Shown here one piece after another: positions 1-14,623 of a stretch of DNA of 64,000 bases. This DNA is from Phoronis australis. Its lineage: Eukaryota; Animalia; Phoronida. The notes beneath the pieces were generated by a model that saw only the letters and a program-made list of their open reading frames with translations, searched no databases and was not told the DNA's origin. A program made the position numbers and the translations under genes. The stretch's first letter is position 1. Each line of letters starts with the position of its first letter. The stretch is from the NCBI GenBank assembly GCA_002633005.1, contig NMRA01000018.1:1499531-1563530 (forward strand), in the 5' to 3' direction.

Positions 1-3000
1 AAGAGGTCGTGACATTTTTATTGATTTTGGGTTTCATTTTCACATGAACTAGGGCATTGATTAGATAATAACGACTTCAATTCAATAGAAATATACCCGT
101 CTTTGTTAGAAAGTGTCATTTTACTGAAACTTGTCAAATGTAAGGAAATGTATATGAATTCATTACAATAAACATGTCACCATTGAAAACCAGTCACATC
201 ATTTTTGTCTAATTTTTATTGTATTTCTTTTGGTAAAGTTGTCCTATCTTAACCTTTCACAAAGAACTCAATTTCAGAAGTAAAGCAGTTCAAAAATCAC
301 CATATTTAGTCCGTCTTTTGTTGCAGTGATTATTTGATCTTGTGTTTTATTGTTGTGTAGTCATTGCTAAAGGGGCAATTGGTCTGCTACACACAAAAGA
401 AACAACCTCACATTTTCCAACCAGGTACTGTGAAAACTTCCTAGGGGTTGGGATAACAATAGCCAATTACCACAGCACCTGAACTTTTTTATGACTGGTT
501 TCTTTTGTTTGGGAATTAGGGAACAAATGGGTGTCAGTGATAACGACTGCTTCTTGATAACTTTCTCCAATGTTGACTTATGGGAAATGAGTTGTAGCAC
601 CTCATGAAAGGTTTCTTTTTACAACTACAGTGGGTGCTCAATATTCTCTTTCAAAAGTTCTGTTGCAGAGGATGTCCTTATAATTTTGACAATCTGGCAG
701 GTCTTATTGTGGTATTTCAGAGTTTAATGGGGTTAGGTCTATGGAATCCGTGCAAAAGATTGGTGTTTCTACGAAAACTCCTCAAAAGATTAAATTTTTC
801 ATATCTCTAAAAATGGGTCCTTTTTGAGTCCACTCTCTAAATGAGTGGGTATACTGATTTTTTTACCTACCCCCACATCAGAAATCTAGTCGAGTGTCTG
901 ACTCCCGGATGTGGAAAAAAAAACTAAATTGATCCTGTGATGAACATCTGGTTAGCAAGGCTAGGTTTGATTATAGTGTGTCAATGTTGTTACCCTTTTC
1001 TTTGTGTACTCTCATGAAGTAATTTTCAACATCTGCCCATGTAATTACAGAATGCATGAATATATTTGTATCTTTTCTACATTTCATAAATGATGTAAAC
1101 CTTCAATACTTTTTCCTCCGAAAATTGTCTTCACAATCCTTAAGAAACATGATCACAATCAGTAGCATTATGAGGATTTGAATGTGTGTAACCATGACTA
1201 CGTTGCAGGGGTCTATATTAAACTGATGCTTACACTCTGCTTGTACTTCACCTTCCTTGACTGTTCCACTCCCACATGATATAAATGTGACAGAGTCTCA
1301 AGTAAACAAGTTAGTCAGCTTGCCTTTGTGATTTATGATGAACATGTTATTTGATAGATATTAAACAAAAGCAAACATCCAGCTTGGCAGATTAATGACT
1401 AGATAATAACCAGCCCCAGGGTTCACTACATTTGCCTGTTGCCAGACATATTGAAGTTTGGAATAAATCCTTTCTACCTATATGTGAATTATCGTTTTAT
1501 TATCCTGATTAAGGGTTTTGATATGGGCATGGCTTCTGGTATATATGATTAAATGACTCAGTGTTTAGGATTGTCATTGATTGATTGTTGAACTCCCGTA
1601 GACAATTCCAACTGCGTTATTAATGGTTTTTTTTTCTGCAAATCAAGCAATCTATTAACTGTAGTGACGGCCAATGGCAATTTTTTGTACATTTATTCAA
1701 GCAAATCTGTTCACCTGGCCTCAAGACCTTTCATGGACTGGTGTGATGAAGTAATACAGGCAAATAATAATGAAGATGTATTGTGTGGTGAATTAATTCA
1801 CATACAGTGTGAGTGGTACAAATACAAACCTTATGGAACAGTCTGTGGTTATTTTCGATTTGCCTTGGTTGAGGCCAAACTCACCATTATTTAAAGCATA
1901 CTGGCTGAAAATAGTTGAAAATAAGATTTATTAAACAAATATTTACATCTGACAGTAAACATTTGTCTATCCTGTTATATTTCTGCTTTGTTATAGTTGA
2001 AAACTGTTTCGAAGTTACGACTTGTCATCAATTTTTCAGTGTGAAGAGAATTTAGTAGTTTGAAGTGCCATGACATGATCTTAGGCAACTCATGAAATTC
2101 AGTATTCCGATGACATCACATGGCCGCCATACCCCATAAGAGGCTAACCTAAGAAATGATGTTGATAGTCAGGTGGTTAGGATCTATGTAGGTCTATGTG
2201 CCTCTTGTGTATTAACTAAACAAAACAAATTAGACTGGATCTACCCAGCTTAGGATCAGTGATGATTGATAAGAATACCTGAATGCCTGGTGATATTAAA
2301 AAACCACAACACTCTACTGTGTTACCAGTAATCGCTATCAGCATCAAAATTCGGTTTCAGTCCACCATTGAATAAGAAAATTGCACACCCAATTATTATT
2401 TTTGTGTACAAGAAATGTAAGATTTCGCATTTCTGGCTTAAGTTACATGATATTCGTACTGGTTATCATGGCAAACACTGCAACTGGGCAGAAAAAGTAC
2501 AAACTTTCTATATAATTGGTATCTTTCTGATTGAGATAACACAGTCTTTGTTGACAGTTACTATTTTTAGGTTTTTGACAATTGCCTAGTGCATATTTGC
2601 GTGACTTTTCATTGATTTGATTATGCTTGTAAGGAGTTTTCCTTTTTGAAAAAATTAGATATTGTTCATATTCTGGTCAACAATTATAACTGGTTAATTA
2701 TCATGACTCTCTAAGTATACATCAACAGTCAACCATTGTCACAATGGTTAGGAAACGTCTTCCTAAATTAAAATTGAGCACTTGTCAATTAGAACTACAT
2801 GGCATTCTTAGAATACTACAATTGTTTTCAAAGAATCCTTAGTAATTGTTTATTAAGTTCTCCTATTACCTGAATTAGCAAACAAGGGCATTAAGGAAAT
2901 TAAATTACCTAATAATGCAAGTGTTTCAGTTGGCAATGTAAGCCTGTACATATGTGGTTGAGATCTCACCCACTGAAGCCACAGACTATATCTGAAACCC

Positions 3001-4864
3001 ATGAAGATAATGCAGTCACTGACTACTGTCATTATCAGAATTATAAAAGTTTATTATAACTTTACATAATACCAATATGACTGCATACTTATCACTGACA
3101 ACAGCATTCCATCTTGGACAGTGGCTAGTAATCTGAAAATACATGTGGATTCAAATTATGTCTGACACTTGTCAGTCAGTGTCACCTGTCAATCACAGGG
3201 GCTGAGCCCCTGGAGTAAGTGGTTGCTGTTTGTCATCTGGGTATACTCATTTGATGAGCTGCACTTGATCCCATTGCATTGTCATGGTTACTTGTGAGGT
3301 GGCCAAGTGAGTGATCCTTGGGGTCCTCATACAAAGCTCTGAGCTCTGGAGAGACAGTCTACCTTATTGAGTGATGCTTAAAAGCAGTTGTATAGTCATA
3401 ATGACAGTTGCAAGGAAGGTTGGAGACTTGAAGGCAACTGAAATCTTGTACAATTACTAGTTGTATACAAGGTGAGAAATTACATTAATGTTTGAATTGT
3501 CGAGTTTTCTTTATGATGGGTCCCCACTCCTCTGTCTTGTGAAAGGCATGGTGTGGACAGATTATAAGAGATTTACAATTATTCACTAAGTCCAGGTTTA
3601 AATTGCATTTCAAGATGTGCCAAAAGCTGATGTGGTCCATCAACTAGCACATTGATTTGCTTGAACAAAATCATTAGTGCTGTCGTTAAAGCCACTAAGT
3701 TGGATTACATTGAGTTGGCTGTCGTAGATTGAGCGACTCTCTTAATTGGGCGTATTGCATGCGGTATACTTCTGAGCTAATTACGCTTTTACCTACCCGT
3801 CAGCAATTTCCCTGAAAATACGGGGGTCCACCTCAGATAACCTTAATGGCCACATTCTCTTTCAAAGCCAGATTAACTGCCTCTTCCAATTTACATTGAC
3901 TGTGAAAGGGTTCACTCTTTGGGTGGAAACTCAGTACAAAAGGAACCATCTTAGCTGTGAAACTCTTCAGAAGTGCTATTGGTTTTATTGAGATTTATAG
4001 TACTGTAATATACAGTCTAAAGGGTTGTTTATTCAATTTTAATTCAAATTCAATGAAATAAGCAAAACCCCTACAAAAGGATTGTCATGGTAAAAGGGTA
4101 AGTCTGACTCACTCAGGGTCCCACATTTTGAGAACTAGTTTCCTGTACTGAATAACAAGCATCAAACTGGTTCTGGGACCATTGTAAGTAACTATTGCCT
4201 TAAACAGTTTTCGACTTTTTCCGAGAATCTTCCAACAAATGGATGCCATTTAACTATGCTTACTCTTTAAATATAAGTTAATCTTGCTGACTTTCATAAA
4301 GGGTATATAGGTATACCATCCCAAATATAGTCAATACCCAATTGTCAAAACCATACTTGAGTGTGTTGGAAGGAGTGTCATTATCGCACCGTAGACTACA
4401 TATAAGATAAAGTCTGAGAAAGTGTAACACGTCAAGAAGGTTGCCTGTGAGCTCCACATGTACATAGCACCTATGGTTATTCAATTTTAGAGTGAAATTC
4501 CCTTTAAATGAATACAGATCTTCAATCGATTCTCTGTGTCTGGTACAAAACAAAAACAAAAAGGAAGAAAAGCTTGCCATTCACACATGTATTCCAAAAT
4601 AATAGCCATATCATGGCCTCAAATTTGTACTCTATGTACCTTTACGTTTTTATATTTTTCATGCCATGCTTTACTAAATTTTCATTGAGGCCATTGTAGG
4701 GGTGTTAGACTGTCTGACATGACTATTCTCACGAACTTCAGTAATATATAAGTGAGGTCATGCCATGATGATACATAACTCTGCATTTCATGGTTAAGTA
4801 CTCCCCTCCAGGGTATAACATTTGTCTCCACACATCAAACGCAACACAATGCGGCTGTAGTTAA

Positions 4865-5202
4865 GGGGGCATGTCACGCTTATGTTTGAAGCTGCATTTC
4901 AAGCTGATTAAAACAAAAATCAAATTTGACTTTTTACTCTCATAAAATCGGTCTCGTATACTATTGGTTACCATGATGGGATTCTATTTTCTTTACTGAA
5001 ACCATTGTCCACTCAAGAAAATGTTTCAGTGTTCTAGCTTTATTGAGATCAAAGTCACCAACCCTGAAATTGCAAATTTAAAAATGGCTCATGTATGCAT
5101 TATCTGTAACTTGAGTTGCATGTTCATTTGCCGAAAATTCAGCGTGGTAATGTTTTTAGAACCCAAAGTGATTCGACAGCTAAACAGTGAGGAAATGCCC
5201 CT
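4865..5202. mobile_element. Short non-autonomous DNA transposon with TTAA target duplication (Kolobok-like)
   Basis: TTAA|GGGGGCAT ... ATGCCCCT|TTAA. A related inverted fragment lies at ~36170-36400. Confidence 0.55.
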
Positions 5203-5564
5203 TTAAGTGATATTTCCGCTGCCGGGTTTTGCTGTGTTATGATAAGGGAGAACCTATACAGTCCTAACTCCCCAGTTCACCCATCTGATAGACAGATCTG
5301 GGTTGATTGATGGCTTGTCAATATATATCTAGAAACCTGCCATCATGGCAATGTTGGGATGGGTTATTTAATTGTGCATAAATGAGTGTCCTCCATTTGA
5401 ATATTTGGTCTGCTGGGAAGTACGCCATTGATTACAGGAGTTGAATCAACGTGACAAGTTAATGCAATGTTCTTGAAGTACTAAGGTAAAATGGAAGTTG
5501 TTTTTGATTAATATTTAAATCTTTGGGGAATATTGTTTACTTTGGTATATATGTTGTGTGTCCG

Positions 5565-5565
<1 letters not shown>

Positions 5566-5614
<49 letters not shown>

Positions 5615-5640
5615 GTGTGTGTGTGTGTGTGCGTGCGTGT
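5566..5640. repeat. (GT)n microsatellite
   Basis: About 75 bp of GT dinucleotides with a few GC interruptions. Confidence 0.97.
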
Positions 5641-5745
5641 ATTGATATTTCATCAGTTGCACTTTAACTTTGCACACATCAGGCACTTCATGACTGATTT
5701 CGCAACCAACGACTATAAGGTGCCTTTTACACTATGGAGGTGAAG

Positions 5746-6698
5746 TACCCTATGCGCCCTAATAAACACCCATGCCCCTATAAGCACCCCCGGAATTTGT
5801 AGACCACGAACCTTGCCGCTATGTCAGTATTTAGCCGTGACTATACACTTCAAACTTCCACAGTGCTTCAAAAAGAACGCTGAAGTTTTGCTGATCTTGC
5901 GAGGAACGTGTCAGGTCCAGACGCAGCGTACTTTTCTACGGGATTGTATTGTATCTTTCCCAAACAGATCTTCTCCCTCAACAGGAATCTAGACTTCTTA
6001 GTACACGGGAAAACCGTGAATCGAAGCCTGCTACTCTGGCAAATGAACTCTGATGACGCACGCGCTCAATCACTCGGCAAAAACACGAAGACGAATTTCA
6101 AAACAAACGTAATGTGACAACAACATGTGTGTTCAGCTCCAGATTTTTCTTGTGTATAAAGTCTTTTTCAGTGCAGCGTGGAATATGTTGCAAGAAGTTT
6201 ATTGCGTTCAATCCACCATCTTTTTGGTCACATCACGTGACCTAATGAATATAAGTCCGAAAAGATTTCTGCCCCCGACCGGGATTTTTCTTGTGTTGTG
6301 GGGTGCGATCTAGCGCAGATTTGGACTTAATCTGCGGTTAGACTCCATAGGAACTTAAAAATCTTAGGGACGCTATTTGGAAAACTTAAGGAGGAATTCA
6401 GGTAATTTGTTGAGTCGAAACTATTTTTATTCAAGAATTCAAGTTGCCAGGCAGCGACGCATCAGTCGGCAAGTTTTCGGTCTGAGATTTCTGCATAATT
6501 TTCTGCAAAAGGATTGTAATAATAACGAAGTTTGATAGTAATGCACCACAGTTTTGTGGAAAGTGTGTCATAGGTTACGTGCAGAATGTTTATTTGATGA
6601 ATCTTAGCTTCCGATTTCACCCGTTTCGGAGAATAGGGTTCAACCGCCTTAGGCTACAATAAGTGCCCTCTCCCGCACTTATTAGGGAGAATACGGTA
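5746..6698 (+). mobile_element. Tc1/mariner (Tc2/pogo-like) non-autonomous element, family A copy 1
   Basis: Termini TACCCTATGCGCCCTAATAA ... TTATTAGGGAGAATACGGTA (TA target, CCGTATT-type TIR). Internal blocks are shared with 6940-9303 and 14624-16086. Confidence 0.75.
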
Positions 6699-6939
6699 AC
6701 TTTTTTCTTGACCAGAAAAATTGACCCAATGCGAAAGGTGATTTTAAAGGTCTAAATTTAGGACAGTACTAGCGAGTGAACCAAAGTTTCCGATTACGTA
6801 AGCGCAATACGAAAGGTTTAGTATTTTCCTCGACCATCCAAAATTGTCTTGCCACTTCAATCGGAGGTTTTCTCGCCATTTCGTGCTTCAACTGCTTTAG
6901 TGTGCAACAATTAAGTAAATATGTCTCAAACCTACAAAC

Positions 6940-9303
6940 TACAACATTCACCCTAATAAGTGCCCAGGGCGCTTAGAAAAATTTGTTTCAGGTCTCCGAA
7001 ACAGGTGAAATCGTAAGCTAGGATTCATCGAATTTATGCTCTGTGATGCATCTGTAACCTGTGACAGGCTTTCTACAAAATGTACTGCATTGCTATCAAA
7101 TTTCGTCGTAAAATTATGATCATTTTTCAGAAAATTGTGCTGAAATCCCAGGGCGAAAACTCGGTGACTGATGCGTCGCTGCCTCGCGATCGTCGATAGG
7201 GCAACTTGAATTCTTGAATAAAAATTCAAGTTTCGACTCAACAAATTACCTGAAGTCCTTAAGTTTTCAAAATAGCGTCCCTAAGTTTTTGTTCCTGTGG
7301 AGTCGGGATTAACTTCAGATTAAGTCCAAATCTGCGTTAGTTCGTACCCTGCAACGCGAGAAAAATCTCTGGACGAACACACCTGTTGTTGTCACGTGAC
7401 GTTTGTTTTGAAGTTTGTCTGCATGTGTGTGAGTGAGGAAGCGTGTGCGTGTCACCAGAATTCATTTGCCAAAGTAAATACATTGTAGGTGTGCATTGTA
7501 ACTAAAGAAATTGACACAAGCAGTAAAGCAGAACATGTTTAATTTAGCATTTGCTGGTCTCATCTGCCAGGTGACTGGATGCGTGACAGCTCTAACTGTT
7601 ATTTTCTGGGAGAGTCGGAGTGTAAGGATGTGAAAGTGTAGGTCATTTAATTTAACTTTAAAAACACCAGTTATGATTAATTAAATAATTCCTTTTAAAA
7701 ACAACGCATAAGTTTTTTATGGTATTGGTTACTTTCGGAAATTAATGGCAATATTTATTTCTTGCCGATGCTGTGCTACCCATTTCATGAATAGATAGTT
7801 CCCAAAGACTATTGTCTTCGATGACAGGTGCATGTATGTAATGTGCGCTAACCTTATTTTGTGGCCTCCACTCTACTGACTCGAATATCAAAAAAACTAA
7901 CCTGTGTCAACCAGTAAAAGTGTATATTTTCTGAAAGAAAAAAGATTAGAGAATATAAAAATATGTTTTATATTTATGTACCATTATTATTATTACGTTA
8001 ACACCTTTTAAGTCAAAATTTCATTTTTAAGAAAGGTACATTCATACCAAAATAACCCCTCCGTTGATTTCAGTAAAACCTTTTTTTGAATGAAAACTTC
8101 ACCAGTTACCTCAAAAACTCTGATAGGAATTTTTGATTGGTCCTTTTGTTTGACATCTATGACAAATAAAATCGCAAAACGTAGGGTACTTTTGTAAAAA
8201 ATAGAAGTTGTTTTCGTCTTTGTTACGTTCCGACAAAACTAGGCCTTTTTAACAAAAATCCTAACAGTGTTTTTGAGATTGATGAATAGATATTAAGTTT
8301 GGAAAGTTTCAGCGAATTCTGCCAAGCCGTTTTCGAGAACTCGTGTTCCTAAGTTCAAATGAAGTCGATTTGTCTAAGCCGACAAAAAGCTGATTAAACT
8401 GGGACGAATGAAAATTTCAAAGTCTTTGGTTAATTATTTGGTAAAAACTTGTTTTCAGTAAATATAACCTAAACATGCGTTAACCATGTTAGCTATTTCA
8501 ACATTCACTCGCAATGTCAACTGAATTTGCAGTGCGTAATTAACTTAATTGTCATTAAAACGTACCGTCCCTAGCCATTAGCTTTGACCACCTGTGACCT
8601 ACTTAAAAGTAGGTCACAGCCTATGTAAAAGTAGGTCACAACCTACTTAAAAGTAGGTCAGATTTCATTGTTATTAACATAGTCCGTATATGCCATGAGA
8701 CTGACACGAAACCAAGTAAGAAATGGATAACAAAAATCAAGTTGGTGGTTAAAGTATGACCACAGAGGCATGAGGTGACTCGTAGCATTCGTTCTAAACG
8801 GTCGCATGCACGTAAAATTGGCCAATTTTTGTGAATAAGGTTTGAGATATCCTTAAGTTTTTTTTATTAGTCTTCGATTCATGGTTTTCATGTTGATTCC
8901 TGTTGAGGGAGAAGATCTGTACGGGAAGGATACAATCCCGTTGACAAGTACGCTGCGTCTGTTCTGAAAAGTCAGACCATAAGTGGGACACTCTCCTTAG
9001 TTGCAAGATCATCAAAACTTGCGTTCTTTCTGAAGCACGGTGGAAGTTTGAAGCATATAGTCATGGCTATAGATACCGACATAGCGGTGAGGCTCATGGT
9101 CTACAAATTCCTCGCACAATGGTTTTTTCAGGACTGTCAGATCTTAATGTTAAATTGAAGATATTACTGTAGAATTTTAGAAATGTAGGTATGACATTTT
9201 TCGCATGTACATGCTCATTGAGTGGACGCTTCTTTTAGCGAAGTCTGAAAATGCCTGGGGGGTGCTTATAGGGGCATGGGCGCTTGTTTGGGCTAATACG
9301 GTA
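6940..9303 (-). mobile_element. Family A copy 2 (inverted), interrupted by ~1.3 kb of other sequence (~7480-8790)
   Basis: Reverse-complement matches to copy 1, e.g. gactgatgcgtcgctgc, gcaacttgaattctt and gattcctgttgagggagaagatctg. It ends at GGGCTAATACGGTA (9303). Confidence 0.7.
8593..8660. repeat. 22-bp tandem repeat x3 with a palindromic unit
   Basis: TGTGACCTACTTAAAAGTAGGTCACA followed by two further near copies. Confidence 0.85.
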
Positions 9304-10689
9304 ACTGGTTACCAGAAGAAGCTCAGAGGTTTTAATCAAGAGTTTGGAGAGAGTCACTGATTCAAGCTAATCTCAGTGGAAAAGATCGCTACAGTAACAT
9401 CTCCTGTTTAGTACAGTGAAGCCTTAAAATTAGGACAGTGGAATGTTAGTACAGTCACTTGATAAAAGTGACAGTTTGTGATGGTAGACTATTCAGTTTG
9501 ATATAAAATATAGTGTCAGGGCTAACTCTACTGCAAAAGTAGTTGTAGGATTTTATTAGAGATGAGTGTTAGTGATAAATGCTGCCTGTTCGTAGTAACT
9601 TTCTTTCTCGCCCATTTTAGACACTAAAACTAAATTCCTCATTGAAAATCAATTGTTTGAGTGGCAAAAAAATTGGGTAACTATTCAATTGATGTTCCTT
9701 TGTTATGTCCCAAGTGTATTGTGTAACCTACCTGAGCAACACAGTGGGACAACTTGACTTGTGGGCACCACCATACAATTAGAGCGCTTATCTGAGAGTG
9801 ATCTAAATACTCCCAAAGAATGCACTGAAATTTGAATGGGGAAATCTTTATGAGTTACTTTACCATGCAGGGATTGAGGACTACAGTGCCTCTGTATATA
9901 CTAACTCATTTCTGATCAACTTCATTGTTAATTATCTTTTCACAAGGTGTGTAAACTGTATATATACTCAAGAGCAAATATGGTGTTTCAAAACTTAGTC
10001 CTAGAAAAGGAACCTGTTTAGACTTGGGTTCTATCATGATTGTGTGTCATTGGTTCTTGGTGTTTCCAAAAAAAGTTCTCTACAGTAAGGTGTTCGGTCT
10101 CCGACTACTTGAAAGTTTTGTTATGTGTGTGACATTCAAGAGAATTATTGGTGTTAGTGACTGCATGATTGTCCTGACAACGAACTGATTAACCTTGAAC
10201 TGATAAGACTTATAAACTATAATGTTATTTTAAAAGAATCTACGCTAAACAAAGTGCATTTGTATTCATTGAGTACTTGTAAATGTGAACACAAAAAACT
10301 GCAAATGGGTGACCTTTGCACTAATCACGTACCTCGTGGGCTCGCATGCCCCATGTCATGCAGTGTTATTCCCCAACACCACATCACAATATGTAGTGGA
10401 CACGGCTCAGTGATTTGTGGCAGATCATTTTCGCCACAAAACTCATTCTGAAGAATGTTTGGCTATTAACCTGCTTACTTCGTGGTCGCTATATGTTGTG
10501 TTTCTACCTAATTTGGCCAAGCAATCACAGAGATAATAAATTAGCCTACAAGTTCCACTTTAACACTATTTTGTGCTGTTTTTATTGTTTGAAAATGATC
10601 AGGCCAAGATGCCTTCTATACTACCATTAAAGCCATCACACTTGGCAGTATTGTCAAGAGTAACCTATACCAGATGTTGAATAAAATGA

Positions 10690-13600
10690 AAATAAAACAA
10701 TTTAAAAATACGTCAACAGGATTTTTTAAACATTTATGTCAAACGAAATTTGGTCATGTCATTGATACAGCTGTTTTGCTGTAAAGGAATCTTTCTTTTT
10801 GCTAAATTTTACTCAAAAGACATGATCATATGACACAATTAATAACAGATTGTTAAAAATAAAAAAGTTATAAACGCTGCAGACTTTCTACTTCCAAAAG
10901 ATAAGTTAAAATTTAGAATGCTTTAGATATTTGGCTAAACTACAGACTTGTGGATAAGGTCCTATGCAACCTTAGAGACTGTCCTGTATGTGATCAGAGG
11001 ATGAACAGTCTGACAGAGCTTCATTTGGCGAAATCAACTTTATCAGGGAGCACAGTATATTAGTGACGATGAAAGCAGTGAACCCCTCTTAGATGATAAT
11101 GCTCTTATCACCGTTAATAATGCAGACGACGAAATCGGGGACCACGACATCAACGGTGATGTCGTCTCCAAAGATGATGACATTGGCTGCACTTAATTAA
11201 CCTCGCCAGTTGAGCCTCGGTCAATTGGCTAAGACATCTGATTGGTCTCTAAGTCAGAAGTTGTCTTAGCTGGTTGACCCAGCTGAGGCAAAGGCATTCA
11301 AAATTCGAGAATAGTGAGTTGTAATGAGAAATGGCTGACGTATTACTTCAAAATTAAGACCGTCAACGATTATTTGAAAAGCGTCATCACAATGCCACCT
11401 TGTGCCTTATTTCACCCTAAAACAATAGGCCTCAAGGTTTTCACTAGATAAATAGATATGTGTGATACTAATGTTGAAATGACGCGTCATGTGACTTGTT
11501 AAGCGTGCATATGGTAGACCAAGAAAAGAGCAGCAAGGAATCAGCCAATCAAATCAGATTGGTAGATCTGGAATAACTCGGGAATGGCAATTTAGAGGGA
11601 GAAAGGGATGGATGGCATAATGCAGATATTGCTTAATGAGATGTATGTACACAAACCAAATTCGTCAAGGTATGCCAGAGATACTGCATGAGAAACCAAT
11701 CAATGATAAAAAAGTCATTGGAAAATGCCAAATAATTTGAGAATGAAATATTGTATTGGGAAACACCTCAGTTAGCCTTTGACGAGATCTATTTACACAT
11801 CAAATTTCAACTGAATACCTTTGAGGTTGTTATAAGGAACATAAAAAAATCATGGCCACATTTTTCCGACAAACTTGCGAACATCATGGCCCGGTCTCCA
11901 ATCTCCGTACTCAGACTCGAATCATGCTCAAACTCACACTTCATACTCAACTTGAGTACAGACTCAGCTTTGGTGTATTCAATGTCATACTCGAAAAATC
12001 TGTACTCGAAATTTCGAGCACGTACTCAGTTTTCGAGTGTACTCGAACTGAAGTGTATCTCATCTATATTTCGAGTACGATTTTGAGTAAAAATTCGGAG
12101 TCTATGCTCAAATTTCAAGTTTGGTGTAGCAGTGTGCTTGAAATCGTACTCGAAAATAAATACGAGCCAGAGAACAAAATATCGAAAGGGAACCAAGAAA
12201 CACAGCAAATCTAAAAAAATAAATCCTCTTACCGTATCTCAGCACTTCAATTTCAGTTCAGAGATAATAGTTTTCATCTTAAATCTTCTTATTCTTCACC
12301 TTATTAACCCGCCGTATCACTGTATGTTATGGCCGCCATTCTACCTCTACAATTCCTGGCAACAGGCGCATTGTAATCCCTTGTCGGCGAGTCATAACAA
12401 GCGTCGAAAGCAGTTGTGGGAAAAGTCGTGTGAGAAGTTTGTGCTGCCCTTATTTCGGTATGTGTGCCTACGTTTTGTAGGGTTTCCAAAAGACGAGGAG
12501 GGGAGGGAAGTTAAAAAAAGTTCGCTTCCCTGTCAGGTACATTTCTCATCATAACTTAGTCATCTATAATTCCTCAATCCCCAAATGGAATTCCAGATTT
12601 TGTTTGCCGATTTCTAAGTAGACGTCTCGTCCCGTTCACTGCCACTGGTGAACTCTGAATGCCTGCACAAGTATTGTTTTTTAACTCACGTGCCAAATGT
12701 CAACTCACTTGATACATCCCGGTAAAATACAAAGATACAGTATCAAAGTTTGACATCAGCGTAGGCCTACACAGCAATGGGTTTTATGTCAAGACTAAAT
12801 TAGCAACAGAGATGTGATGTGATAAGCTGTTACAAATTTCTTTTAAAAGACGTTTTCGGGACTGGGTGAGGAACTCAAGAAGTGAAGCTTAATAATTGCC
12901 AAATGTATCAAAGAAATGGCATAAGAATATTTATTGAAACTAAAAAATGAATAACAGTTACAGAACACTCAGAATTCCACGTTATAGACATACTCTTGTA
13001 ATTGTAGCGACAGCAGACGATAATGTAGGCCTAGTTCTTGGGGTGGTCTATTCCAATAGGGAGCGATGAATCAGCGCGGCTTTGCGTGATTTTGCATTTC
13101 ACATCATAAAGAGTTCCATAGCAACTCGAGTATGAATGTCAGATTTGAGTACGTTTGGAGTCTACTCGAAATACGACATTAGATACGCTTTTTTGAGTAC
13201 GACTCCAGTGAGCACGATTTTGAGTATGAAATCTCGAGTATGAGTATGAGTCTGAGTACGGAGATTGGAGACCGGGCCCATATCTCAGAAATGACTGATC
13301 GCGTTCATATGAAACTTTCAGATGCGATGCTTCTCCAAACCATTGTTAGAAATTGATTTAAAAAATATCCACTTTTGTATGAGAGGCTTTCAAAAAATAA
13401 AAGTTTATGATTTTTATGAAAAAAGCTTAAAACTTACATAAAATGAAAATGAAATGAAAATGAAATGAAAATTTAGAAAACTGTGACAGCGTTTCTGTGA
13501 TTTTATCTTGAACATTTCTATCAAATGAAATTTGGTTGTGTTATTGATACCGTGGTTTTGTTATGGATGTACCCTTCTTTTTTACTAAATTTTATTATAC

Positions 13601-13770
13601 ATGGGCACTTGACCTAATTAATAGCAGAGTGGTTTAAAGTGAAAACTTAAAATCTACAGGATTTCTACTTCCAGAAAATATATACTTTTGCTGAGTTAAA
13701 ATCTATAGTTTTATAGACATTTGGCTACATGCTTCGACAAAATTAGGAAATTAGGTCCTACATAACTTAA
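10690..13770. mobile_element. Diverged DNA-transposon segments (two direct copies of a ~280-bp end at ~10690-10975 and ~13480-13770), hosting the Harbinger insertion
   Basis: Both copies share the blocks tcaaa(c/t)gaaatttggt..tgt..attgatac, ttctacttcca and aggtccta. The second copy ends at a TTAA. Confidence 0.45.
11888..13278. mobile_element. PIF/Harbinger-type non-autonomous element (family B, copy 1)
   Basis: Perfect 31-bp TIR GGCCCGGTCTCCAATCTCCGTACTCAGACTC, 3-bp TSD CAT (11885-87 / 13279-81), and many subterminal ACTCGA/TCGAGT motifs. Confidence 0.85.
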
Positions 13771-14623
13771 ACAGAGCTAGGGCTGAAACATGGCTACCAC
13801 AGCGCCATCTTTGATCTGATTTTGCCCCAAGGCAGATACACGGTGCATATTAATTTCATGTCACAAGCAGAAAACAAAACAAGTAAAGAAAGCACTCTGA
13901 GCGATCCTTGACGAAATCAACTGTCACTTTTTATTCAATATTATGGAAAAATTTTGATCTTGATATAGACTCAAACTCGGTCTCAGGGTTAGCAATCCTA
14001 TTCACGTATTTCACGAAAGCGCCGTCTTCCCGCGCCATCTTTAAATACTGATCGAAAACGAGGCACATTGATAAAACCTCTTGAGTGGTCGTCAGCTGGC
14101 CTTGATGGTGTACTGTGCAGTGCCTGAACGTACCAATTCCAACCCGTCGGTATCCTTCCCAGGGATATACTTATCCACTCGTTCAGTCGCCAATGCGAGT
14201 AAAAATGGTGCTGGGCGAGTAGAAGTTGACTTGCCGGTCGCCCAGGTAGCGAGCGAATTTCAAAGCGCAAAAGCACTATATCTCGTTTCCCAGATGAATA
14301 TGAATAATTTTCCTCCTCCTTGTGCTGTTTTTATCATGAATTTAAGGTTCAGTTTGGTCATCGTGTCGATGCTACGGCAGTAAAAAACATCGGCGCAGTG
14401 CGACCCTACCGATTCAGTACATGTCACCCGTTACACGATTCGTCAAAAAAAATCACAGTGTGTGGTCGTGCACAAAGAATTTGTGGACTAGTCCGAAACG
14501 AAGAAAAGGGGAGAAAGGTGGAAGACCGGTCCATGTGCTCATAGCAAATGAAATACCATATTTCTTGGAACTGATTCCTTTTTGTAATGTACAATGTCAT
14601 TTTAGCCAAAATTATTTTTATAA

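Noticed and set aside
367-5206. Short ORFs in the first 5 kb, and most other 60-130 aa ORFs in the track
   Set aside because: Composition and length are as expected by chance, many begin at GTG/TTG, and I recognised no homology.
12399-12420. KRRKQ as the MPRRKQ first exon of tsh
   Set aside because: There is no Met-Pro and no adjacent phase-1 donor, and it lies inside the Harbinger element.
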